Part shown: positions 13,801 to 25,161 of the stretch, one piece after another
How the letters are laid out: every line of letters begins with the position of its first letter
Numbering within the stretch: position 1 is the first letter of the stretch
Origin: Takakia lepidozioides
Lineage: Eukaryota; Plantae; Bryophyta
DNA length: 64,000 bases
NCBI GenBank assembly: GCA_030704615.1
Contig: CM060734.1
Location: 26,226,001 to 26,290,000, forward strand
Reading direction: 5' to 3'
The notes under the pieces: model-generated
Database searches by the model: none
What the model saw: the letters and a program-made list of their open reading frames with translations, nothing else
Told to the model about the DNA's origin: nothing
Translations under genes and position numbers: made by a program

Positions 13801-16800
13801 TGCCAAGTCTGTTCAGATTCTCCAAACGGGAGAACTAGTTATTGCAGACAGCTTTACATAGTATGGACATTACACAAACTCCTCAAACTGGAGATGGTTC
13901 GAGTTACTGAGATATACCACACTGCTGGTGTCTCTCCCACCACAAAGAAGTAGCAGACCATCTGATCGAGCACAAGCTGTCGCATACCTGTAGACAAGTC
14001 GTGCATGAGTCTTACTCTACAGTAGGTATCAAGACAACCCAGAAAAACCACTCTAAGCATGAACTTTTGGCAGCTATGCTGCTCCCTGTGCATGTTTACA
14101 TGCTACATGGATGAAACAACTACCCAAACATGGATAGTTAATCAGACCCCACAACCAACAGACTGAAACTGAGTGAGTTACAGCCACCCCAGACATACTA
14201 CATTACTGTTGGAATTGCCAAAATATTATAAGTAATTCATGCTATGGACATACAACAGATAACCAACCCTCAATTAAAACGATCAACCTTTCAAAGGCAA
14301 CAACATAAGGTAATGCTTAAACATGAAGCTTCCTTGACACCACACATACATGCAAGGGGGGGGACCATCTCCTTCAGGCTCCAGCTTTCGCCATTCATAG
14401 GGTTTGGCTGCTGTATCCAGAGCCCACACATCTGCAAGTGGGCGCTTGCCTGCCATGATTCATACCATGTCAGCGCTCACTCATCAACTCAGCAAGCTTC
14501 TATGAAATAGCATGAGCAGACAAATCTGCAAAGGACACTTGCCAGCCACAACTCATGTATTGATGTTTACAAAAGCAAACATCCTCCAAGGAATGGGTGA
14601 CTCACCATCATTACCACTAATAGATAAGAGAAAGCGCTGCCCCACCAAGGACATTACATGCCCATACCGAGGCCCTGGCCCTGGCCCTTGCACTACCACC
14701 CTGCACCCTCACCCTGCTCAGCAACCTCTGTATACACCTGCATGTAGTGACGAAGGAAGAGCATGATCAGCAACTTGAGTAGGGAGGCTTGAGTGGGGAG
14801 AGCTGAAACCAACCTGTGCCACCTTGGCTTGGCCTGAGTAAGATCCAGGACATGGAGATCATCAGTTGAAAGACCTGCTGGTCCTATCCCCCCCTGTCAG
14901 TCACACCATTGTACATCAGAAAAAGCGACAAAGCAGGTTGCCATCCAAGCTCTCCAGGTAACATGTACATCTGCATCCACCCTGCTCTGCCACATATTGG
15001 AAGCGGTGCTGTAGTAAACCGTGATGATGAAAACCAAAAGTAACATACCTGAATCACGACCATAGTGCCCACAGCTGTGGCGGCATGTGCTGCACGTGGA
15101 GAGGGTGGATCCCCAACAGGAGTGAGTCTGCATAAACAAGTTAAAAGCACTTGTTTGATCATGGGGTCACACACCTAATGCCGACATGATGCAAGTCAAC
15201 CTTCCTGGCCATACCAAGCCCATCCAACATCAAAAGAACCTCTGAAACCGAACACATACCAGATTGCTGACGTGGCCCTCTGATGTCTAAAATTAAAAAA
15301 CTTACTACTAATATCAGTAGCCAGATCTGCCTGAAAGAGATGCTGGGATTGACTAGAAATCCAGTGGAAACAATTTCTCTCGGGTACTGATTAGGGCAGA
15401 GATGAGGCCAGCAATTTCACTAGGGGAGTGTGGATATGGCTGTTGTCTTATGTGGCTCTTGGAACCTGCAGTCTCCTATTGTGTCTTCCACGTAAACAAC
15501 TTTTGATTTTTTCTTGAAGTGCCATTTACACACAACTACAGTACTAGCTACTGTAAATATAGTACTGAGTGCTCTAGGTGTTTACTTCACATCTGTCACG
15601 CTGTCATGATCACGGATCAGGTTATGGTAGTTGTGTTGAGGGTGTTCTGAGGCAGCTACACTGGTTGTGGTTCAGAATAAGACCCATCACCACAGCAGAA
15701 GACCTTCAGCAAGCAAGCGACAGACAAGAGAAACCAAGAATAAAGAATAAAACAAGTGGAATGGCATATATGTAAATGAAAGTGTGCTAAATAGCTCCCC
15801 ACTTTGATGAAGACACCTCAATCATCTCATACTGAAATGCCTTCAGGTAGTCTGACTGGTGATTACTCCATTCGTAGCAGAAATTAATAAGTTACAGGAT
15901 AAGTGAGGTACCTTTTATATCTGCCACTATTCCTGTTATGGTTAACCACTGTAAATATCTGCCCCTAACCTTTGCCAGTTTGAGTTGACACTTTGGGTAA
16001 CCTCAAGTTCCACAAAACAGTAGTGAACACCCGAGGAAGTACAATTCCAGTTGTTAGCTTTGTTGAGAGCAGAGCTCTTCTTTAAAGGCTGGGTCATTTT
16101 TATGCACCCCAAAAACTATTGAAGACAGAAACACACAAGCCTTCTACATGATGTCTAATGAATGCAGTTTATGAAGAAGAATATGGTGTGTCTTGGCAGT
16201 AACTCTTGCAAGTGCAGCACAAGAGCATGGAGGAACAAATGGAGGGTCTGGTAGGATCCCAAGTTCAGGAGTGACTACATAGAGGTTCGCTGGGAACGAC
16301 GGCACAATTGGTCCACACAGGGATACTGAAGTGTTGTTTGAACAAACTATTAAACAAAAATATGTGTTATTGATCAAGAGAGTCAGCAATGCATATAGCA
16401 AGATTGCAACTTAGTTTAGAACACTCCCTTCCTTTCATTTCACCATCCAAACTCCTGACTAAATACCATTCCTACCAGCTTCAAAATGAGGAGATTTTGA
16501 ATTAATTGATTACTCACCTCAATGCTTTTGTTCCTGCATTCTAGGTTTTTGGTCTGGAATTGCATTCTGGTCCAAAGGGTGAAGAAATCAAAGGTTTCAA
16601 GCTGGATGGGAGTTTCTCTCTAGAGATGTGCAAGGGGTCTTTTAAACTTGAGTGACTTCACGACTCCTTGAGAATCACCTAACACCGAAGTATGCGTTTG
16701 GATATCTGTGACTAAGACTCACAACTTGCGAACACAAGCTGATGGAGCTCTATAGAAATACATAAGCCCTCTGGACACAGATGCATCCTCCAGGATCACT

Positions 16801-19800
16801 GTAGACTTTATTCGTGGATGCAGCTGACTTTTCCTTTTCATAATAGACTCTGGCATTAAAGAAAGGATTGCATCCAATAAGAATCTTGGGCAAGAAATTT
16901 GATGAGATTCTGTCTGTGGGTTTATTGATACCTGAAGATTGTACTAACTTAAAGCATCAGTGATGTGCTCATGAAACCAACAGAAGGCTGAATGAAGGGT
17001 TTGCCATGCATACAATGTTTGCCTATGGTAGATGACATGACCCCTGTACTATGAATGGGGCTATAAAGGGTCTAGTCTCTGTAGTGTTTTAACAAGATAT
17101 TGATTCCGTACATGTAAAGGGAGTGCCGACAGGCTCAGGTTTGAATTCCCTACAATGTATGTTACCTTCCTGAAATTTATGCACCTTGTTAGTACATGCT
17201 AGGTACGATATATGTACTCATGAGAGACGATGTTTGCTGTAGCCTTGCGCAAAACAAGAGGGAACAGACACCACCTTTGTGAAGGGCTCACTCAAGTAGA
17301 ACTTACCTTGGTATAAACAATTGGTTCGGGCTTTCCAGATTTCCTCTAGAGATCCCTTCACACAAGCATAGATCTGCTGTGTGTGAGCTGCAATTAGACC
17401 CCACCAGGGCCAGGGCTTTAGGCTCAGCCTCAAGATTTTGAAAGTTGGTGAACAGAAGTGCAGGTACTATGTTCTTGATGTTCCTGAAGAGGGTTGCTCT
17501 CTGATGAGAAAGCCCCGCACATTGTATCAGAAAATGGATAGTCTTCAGGCTACCCGCACATCGAGCATTGACAATGACCCTTTCTTCTCTGCATCTGTTA
17601 AATGTTCACAGGTAGACTTGCCACCCTGAGTTTAAATTTCAGTTAAGTGCCGATGGTAGGTAGGCCCTTTAGATCATCCTTAAGATCCTCACCCATGTCA
17701 CAAACGTAAAACAAGTTCAGGTAAGAATTTGAGCCTAACTTCGTTTTATTTGGACATTCTTCGTGCTTCCGACATGGCCTTAGACACTTCAGCCTCCAAG
17801 TCAGCTTCATCTAGCAGGGTCAGTCTTCCTGCCTCATATTCAGGCGCTTGAAAATCTCCTCTCTACATTTTTCCAATAGGAATTAGACTGTTTAACAGGA
17901 TGGTCTTGCTTCCAAGAAATAGAGTCGATCATTCTAGGGTATCTGGTATTAGGTGCAATATAGCTGGACTGAGAGGTCAGGCATACCTACTACTGTAGAT
18001 GATGGTACTTGAGAACTGTCATGGTAATGTAGTAAATCCACTAGTCTAATTGCGAATATCGGGTTAGAAATGCACAACTCCTGAGAAGAGCTGCTTTCGA
18101 GCACTGCAAGTATATAATTAGGTCTGCTCTAAGGGTTAAGTAGGTCGTTGATCCAAACAGGGAAAAAACTCGTACATCACAACAGGTGAACTCAAGGATG
18201 ACTCCAAGATGAATTACCCTGATGTCCCCTGATTGTCAGATGTCTGAGGAGAAAGGTTGAACACTCACTCACAAGAGCCCTATAGATTTGAAAGATAGAC
18301 AAGGAATCAGAAGGAATCTATGCGCCTCACCATGTTATCCACTACTGTTGTCTGAAGAACAAGCTCACAGAGCCATGTAGTGTTTCTAAATGTGAGAGAG
18401 TTGTACCAACTTTCTCACACAACACCCTAAAAAGGAACCCAAACTCCCGCATCAGAAATGGATCCCTATGCATTCATCCTAACCACCTAAGGCAGGTGAC
18501 AGACATCTTCTTTACAATTCAAACCTGGAAGAAGGGTGGACTCCCTTCTCTCGAACTAGAACTAAGTGAAGGATGAGGTGACCACGAGGCCTACAGACTT
18601 CCAAGCATTGGGTAAAATGGTGACATGGGAGAACTGGAGGTGACTACAAGCATAGGCTCTCTCAAGGACTAACTTTTAAACAGATAAAACAGCAGGGAAC
18701 CTACTCTCATGTGGTGACTGGGCGCGGGGTCAATGGCCACAAGGCTACGGCAAACAACGTCTTATGAGTACATTCTCATGTGGTGACACACATTCTTCAT
18801 AATAAAAAATGTGAAACCTTGACCTAGCTGTAGATCGGGTCCTCTGCAAATACACAATCATAGTTGGAGGGAGGAAAGCATCGATGAACTATGAAATATG
18901 ACTAAAACACAGCAGCATGCCATTCGGAATATTCTGAAAATTTGCACATCCAATGAAGGGAATACATAAGGTGTTTGCAAATCCAGGACAATCTAGATTT
19001 ACAAATAAGTCAAGGCCATTAAACCTTGGCATCCACACTGGGATATAGAATAAAGCCAAACTAGCCTGTCAGAGAATGAAGACTTACAGGAAAGCAGAAC
19101 AAACAAAAGACAAAAACAACAGGAAGAAGAGAAACTTGGCGGGTTGTGAGAGCCATGAAATGGTCAAGAAGGAAGGAACATCACATAAAATTCACAGAAT
19201 GCTGGACTCATCCTGCTTCATCAGCACCCAAGCATAGGAACTCATAACAACATATTGGGAAATCTGGGTTGATTCCAAGATGCATTTCTGCACAGACCTT
19301 TCCCGTAGGATAGAGACAACAAAAATGAAAAGGAAAGACAATAATTATGGAAAAATAGACCAAAACATTCTGAAACAGCATCGGACTAACAAGAGCAAAC
19401 GAGCAAGAAGACAACAAGCAATCAAATGAAGGCACATACATAAAAGGGACATCAACACATAGTATAAAATTTTCCATTTAGACTACAGAATAGCCTAGAA
19501 GAAAAAACTCAATGACTAGAATTATAAACAGAGTTAAAACAAAGTTTCTGGACGGCTGGGATTTCACACAGCTAACCTTGACCATTTGTTGGACTGTATG
19601 TCAAAGCAATGTACATCTGCAGTTGCCCCTGCCAATCCTGTACACACAATGCATTCCATCCATAGACAATGCTTGAAATAACCCAACTGGACAAGAAAAT
19701 CGAGCCAATGTGGTACGCTGGTCCAGCACACACAAGGTTGACTTCTCTTGTTCTGACACCAAATGTATTCTTGCAAAGCCAGACGCGATTGTGGATCACA

Positions 19801-20206
19801 ACCACTCTTTTCACATAGCATACATAGCAACAAGTATAGCCAAATAAATACATTTAGGGTCAACGCACATACTGATGCCAGCACCAGCAGAAGCCGCCTG
19901 TGGGCCGGCCGCACTAGAATTGCCCTCAAGTGCAGTTGCACCTCCAAAGAGAATAAGGCGAGGCCCAATGAAACCAGCAGTGCCTTCCTCGCCGACGGCT
20001 GCGACTGCTGTCAGCGTATGACCACACCGAGGCCCTGGACCATCCTCCTTCTTTTCACATATAGCATTCACGATTCTATAAGCCGGTGCTGGCCTGGGTC
20101 CCGGCGAATGTTGCTGCTGCTGAGGTGGCGGCAACGGCGGTGGTGATGGCACAGAATGCTGCTGTTTCTCAGCCTCCCCCCCCATACCTGCTGCGTCCAC
20201 TTCCAT
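7894..20206 (-). CDS. BSL2: Serine/threonine-protein phosphatase BSL2/BSL3-like (BSU1 family; N-terminal Kelch repeats + PP1-like catalytic domain), 21 coding exons, about 985 aa
   Basis: Exons (minus strand): 20206-19873, 19637-19577, 15127-15049, 14893-14814, 14700-14606, 14449-14350, 13987-13918, 13043-12942, 12808-12727, 12477-12298, 12078-11793, 11670-11412, 11269-11099, 11004-10766, 10470-10386, 10002-9904, 9205-9006, 8837-8762, 8594-8459, 8200-8061, 7977-7894. All introns are GT-AG and the total is 2958 nt, in frame. Motifs: [43 protein letters not shown]-terminal RGSLAWI*. Confidence 0.95.
8272..8443. repeat. Imperfect tandem duplication inside BSL intron 19
   Basis: aaacacataccacct...attacccaga...ggacacagtaaagaggcaa occurs twice about 112 bp apart. 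Confidence 0.8.
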
Positions 20207-21312
20207 AACCCTCCACACCCCCCAATTCTCTCAATTCGTTCCAGTCTACGGTGCATCATGCAGACCCATCAAGACGCGTCACGTAAATGCGTGCCTGACC
20301 GACCATCGAAGCCCACCAGCTCCTAATCTGCGAGAAACTTTCCACACATCGCTTGTCCGTTCTCCGCTGTTTCGCCTGCCCCGGTGTGCACCGCCATTTT
20401 CCCTCCGAGACTATCCCTAGGATTCACTTCTAGCAGGGACACCGCCCTTCACAGACCGAACAGGATCCTGGCCTGTGCTTGCTTTGCCATGGCACGCCCT
20501 ACCCATGCATGCATGTGGTAATGGCTCATGCTTTCGGGAGGATCATTCGATTAATATTATATTAATTCAATATTTTTTCTTTTCCTTTTTTGGCGAAAAG
20601 GGTTTTCGTTTTTCACAGGAGCCATTCAACATATCACAGATGAATGGGTATAATGTTAGCTGCAATATTCTGTCAAAGAGTGCTTCGGCATTGCGGTCAT
20701 GGGCTACAAAGTCTACTCACTGGCGTAGTGCATTTCCTTTGCCAAAAACCTTTCCCCACCTCATCTTTTCTGCATTGACAATTTCAATCTGATTGGTGCT
20801 TTCTATTGCCCTGCCAGGAGAGCATCTAGCCCCCTCATCCTGGAAGATCTAAACCAGATTTGAGTAAGAGCTTCTTAGTGCACGGATTCTTCATGTGCTT
20901 CAAGGAGAAAGACACTTCACGCCGCAAATGTCAAGGAAAGCTGCTTCGGAACACTGTTCCCCCATAGAGAGAGCAGGTGGACCCATAATGCTCTTTGCTC
21001 CCTTTGAGTTTGCAAGCTCAGATAGACATACGTAGGTAACAAGCGGCTAGTCGCGTATGGCTCCTCTTTGTGAATAGCAAATTCTACTTTCATCTATGAT
21101 AAACTTAAAAATTCATCCATTTATTCTTCATAAATTGGTCAATAAGAGAGATGTTACTTGAGGCCCGAGGGAGGTGTTACCTGTGGCAGAGAAGTAGTTT
21201 TCAACAAAAGAGAGGAGGTGACACCTGGGGCAGGCAAAACAGGGCTGAGCGATTTTTGACACGGATGCGTGGTCTCCTCTTTAGAATAAAGAGGAGATGA
21301 AGTAAAATAAAT

Positions 21313-21500
21313 CTGCGACTGCCAATATGTCGGCGATCGCATGTAATATATAAATACAAAAAATAGGTGCAACCGCCAAAAATTGACGGTCGCATTTAAT
21401 TTTTTTTTAAACAAAAATAGGTGTGACCACCAGAAATTAGCAGTTGCGTGTACTTAAAAGAAGAAAAAATAATTCAACCGCCAAAAATTGGTGGTCGCAT
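21313..21500. repeat. Four short palindromic repeats (tgcaaccgccaaaaattggcggtcgca-like), resembling DNA-transposon subterminal repeats
   Basis: Copies at about 21314, 21368, 21422, 21474, truncated by the LTR at 21502. Confidence 0.6.
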
Positions 21501-21501
21501 A

Positions 21502-22540
21502 TGTCGCGCACCTCACTTTAGTAAACTCTCATTCGTGTCATAGTTACTCGCTTTGGTGCACCCGCCTAACTCCCAAACTTGTCGTTGGACCAATTTGGAG
21601 CTTCGGCTGCTCACCAGGACATACGTTCCCCCACACAGCCCTCGATTATGCAAATTGAGTGGAAATTCCTTTTAGTTGTAGGCAGTCCGGAATAGCTCTC
21701 CACATTTGGTCGATTCCTGGTTTGCTTGTTTGTTTTACTAGCTTTTGGTTGTTTAACGGACTTGCACCGTTCTCGGGGTTACTACTCCCTATATATACTT
21801 TTGTAGGTGTCGGCGGGGGTCTCACAAACAGCCAAGTCTTTTTTGGTGAACCACCACCGGTGAACCTCAACTCCCTGTGATGAGTCGTCGTGAGTCTTGG
21901 CCCACCCACCACGGCCCCAATGGCCCGTGGTGAGTCCTATGCCACCCCCACCAACGACCACCCCACTCGGAGCCCTCACCGCAACCCGATTGTAGAGCTC
22001 CACATAGTGAGCGCCTCCGCCATCTTGAGTGCCTTCGAGACTCAAGGGTCGTTCAACCCCCACTCCTCCTGCTGCCGTTACCCCCACCATAGGGACAGCC
22101 CCTCATGTGTCCCGACCCCCCTCCCCTCAAGGCAAACGGCTGTGATATACACCCCTACCAAGAAGGAGTCGATGTCCTCATTGACTTGTTCTTTTTTGTG
22201 GAAACTAACTTGTAAGTTGTGGCGTTCCACATCAAGAGTTTGTTCCCATGCCATGCCGTCCCATGACAAAGAACCAAACCCCCACTTGACTCTTACCCCC
22301 CACTAACTAGTTCGGCCGACTCCCCAAGTCACGGCCAAAGATGGAGCGTCTCAGACTCCACCCAATGCACTCTTCTCGACCCACTTCATGGCCGAGGTAT
22401 GATCCTCCTTGAGGATCGAATCGCCTTACTGCAATAATAATTGTTTACGACCATTTGTGATGCCACTAGTGGCAGCTCTTTGAGCAAGGGTTCGCCTTGA
22501 ACCCTTTTGACTAGGAAGCTGCTAACGTTGAACTCAACCT
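21502..22540 (-). mobile_element. Element D: truncated, older copy of the element-C family (3' LTR 21502-22147 + PPT + 3' UTR)
   Basis: Reverse complement of about 35435-36453. It begins tgtcgcgcacctcac (reverse complement of the LTR end gtgaggtgcgcgaca), and the PPT reads tacacccctacc on the plus strand at 22148. Confidence 0.9.
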
Positions 22541-24511
22541 CAAACCAGCAGGTACCACTGCCAAGTTTGGGTCAACTCTGTCATCAACATTGGGAAGGTG
22601 ACATGGCGCACAATTACGCACATGGTCCTTCCAAGCCATGTCATCCCGACCCTCCAAGATCAGGACTCTTGAGGCCAACACCTCTTGAACCCTCAGAATA
22701 ACACGCCCTACAGTGACATCCAGGGTTGTAGGAGCAGTCTGCTGCAAATAAACATAGTCACTAGGGCTAAACCTCCGAACCCCGAGACGATATCCTCCAC
22801 CACGTATAGTGGCATACCTCAACGTATCACGGTGTTGTGCAATGGCAAGGTTCTCAAAAGCCATGGGCATGACTTTCTTGAACAACTTTGCACGCTGATC
22901 ACATGCACGTCCACACACGTCCGGATCGTCAAGATTAAGGACTTGAGCAGTGTCCCTACGAATGGCTGCAGGCAAATCCGGCTCTCGACCAAAGAGAAGG
23001 AAATATGGTGAGAAGGAGGCAAATGATGTTTGCTTGCTGAATCTATAGCCCATGGCTATCCAAGGTACCTGAAGATCCCAATCTCCTAGGTGTCCCTTCT
23101 GCAAGCCATACTTGCGCAAACCCTTCTTCACTGTCTGTACAACTTCTCTGCCAAGCCATCGACCTCAGGATGATCCCGAGAAGTGGTACGGTGGTCTATC
23201 AAGGCTTTATCACAAAGCCTAAAACCCCCCCAAGAACTCTCTCCCTTGGTCCGTGAATACCTCAGCTAGAGTACCGAATTGGCTAAGCACACGATCCAAG
23301 AATGCATACGCAGCTCCCTCACTAGCCTTATCAGGCAATGGAACCAATTCAATCCACTTGGAGAAGTGCTCCATCATCACCAACACATATTTGTGGTGGC
23401 GTATCGTCAGTGGCAACGGTCCTGCGAAGTCAAGACTTCACATGTAGCCCCCAATCCCATGATGGGTAAAGGATACAACTGTGGTGTAGGGGCGTTGAAT
23501 GAAGCACGCACCCTGTCACACACCATGCACCTAGCCACGAGCTGATGTATCTCTGTATGCATACCACGCCACCAATACTGCCCCTGCAGTAGACTGCGAG
23601 TGCGTCGCACTCCAAAATGCCCCAACTCCTCATGGGCATGCCGCACTAACCGTGCACGCTGTGTTGGGTGAGGCACGATCCTCATCCGATCATCCTCCCA
23701 CACTCGAAGTAGGTGTATCCCCTCCCACTTGAACCTCTTGGCTCGTTGCAGGATCCGATCCTTCTCCCTGGCAGTCACAATGGCTGTCGTGTCTCCCGTG
23801 CGGAGGTAGTCCAACATAGCCAAATCCTCATATATATCTTTGGCACCACCTGGCTCATCACTAGCCTCAGGGTCCTCAGACACTCCGTCTACAGTCGTCC
23901 CTGTTGTAAGTCCAACCTGACCTACCGATGCCAAGATACACAAAAATGCAGATGCGTGACATCCCGGCATCATCTCCTCGTCCGTCTCACCATGCCACCA
24001 AGCTCTAGTGTCATCCTACTGGCTCGTGCATGGATTGTGACTCGTCCTCGATTAACCGAACCTGGTCGATGCACAACCTGAAAGTCATACTTTTGGAGTA
24101 TGAGTGCCCACTGTGCAAGCTTCCCCGTAAGCTTGTCTGACTCCATCAACCACTTGAGTGGCTGGTGATCCGTGACAAGGGTGAAGAGATTGGCATATAA
24201 ATAGCACCTGAATTGTGCCACGGCCCACACTGCAACTAAGCACTCTCCCTCATATAAGCTATATTTAGTCTCTGCAGCGTTGTTCGAGTGGCTAGCATAA
24301 GCCACTACGAACTCTTTTCCCTCATCATCCACCTGTGTGAGCACCGCTCCAAGCCCCAACATGCTCCAATCCATATGCAGCTGAAAGGGACGCCCCTGAT
24401 AGGTCGTCTGAAGATGGGCGTCGAGGTCAACCTCGCCTTGAGCTCATGAAAAGCTCGTTTCTGCTCATCTTCCCACTGCCACTCCTGGTCCACCTTGGTC
24501 AGCTTGGTTAG
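22540..24511 (-). mobile_element. Element A, 3' part: Ty3/Gypsy connection domain + RNase H + integrase (degenerate)
   Basis: LTKLTKVDQEWQW; DWSMLGLGAVLTQ...LVTDHQPLKWL (RNase H); HEELGHFG...CMVC zinc finger; EHFSKWIE, TDQGREF core; AQHRDTLRYATIRGGGY C-terminus. Confidence 0.92.
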
Positions 24512-25123
24512 TGTCACGGACATAGCCCAGAGGAACTTACCAGGAATAAATACCAAAAGTTACCAAGTTACCATGTTACCGGAAGTTACCATGATTTACC
24601 GTGATTTACCATTATTTACCAAGTTACCGGGAGTTTATCAAATTACCAAGAGTAACTTGAGAAACTGCTCAGAAAGCTTCCTTTGGAAGAAACTTCTCCA
24701 TCAAGATACCTTCTTTGTTTAAGGAAACTTCTCCATCAAGAAACCTTTGTTTAATCTTGGAAACTTCTCCAGCAAGAAACCTCCATAGATGAAGCTTCTT
24801 AGGGAAGCTTCTTAGTAGCCAGTATATATAAGAGGCGAGATTGGACACTCTTCAGTCTCGCCAACACCAGTTCAAGCTACTCTTATTTCCAGTTCCCAGT
24901 ACTCTAGCCTAGTTTTCAGTATCTGGTACTTCAGTCTAGTTTCCAGCATTCCAGTATTCAAGTCGTGTTCCAATATATTGTACTCTTGTTCATTGTTATA
25001 AAGATCATCTTGGTTCATATTTACTCATCGTGCATACGGCCACGCCGACCTTGATTTCTTGTCTAGTCTTGTACCTCTAGTCTGATCTCTTGTTTGTGTT
25101 CAGTCATGTTCTCGTCCTTGATA
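24512..25123 (+). repeat. 5' LTR of element B (TATA box 24823-24831, candidate initiator TCAGT at 24852-24856)
   Basis: Direct repeat of 36865-37460 with an imperfect terminal inverted repeat. Confidence 0.93.
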
Positions 25124-25125
25124 GT

Positions 25126-25139
25126 TTGGCGAGACTGAA
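25126..25139 (+). promoter_or_regulatory. Self-priming primer binding site of element B
   Basis: ttggcgagactgaa lies just after the LTR and is the exact reverse complement of ttcagtctcgccaa at 24851-24864. Confidence 0.85.
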
Positions 25140-25161
25140 ATTTGTTCCTTAGTTAGTTAAG

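Noticed and set aside
15900-18800. Possible decayed LINE in BSL intron 2
   Set aside because: Only faint RT-like word fragments and no continuous frame; it cannot be supported without a profile search.
20207-20218. BSL start at 20218 as in the ORF track
   Set aside because: That codon is not ATG; the ATG at 20206 gives MEVD, matching the usual BSL N-terminus.
21502-22147. This LTR as the native 3' LTR of DNMT element A
   Set aside because: It and its 3' UTR match element C's family, and A's integrase is cut abruptly at the junction; no matching 5' LTR lies upstream of A. Not fully excluded.
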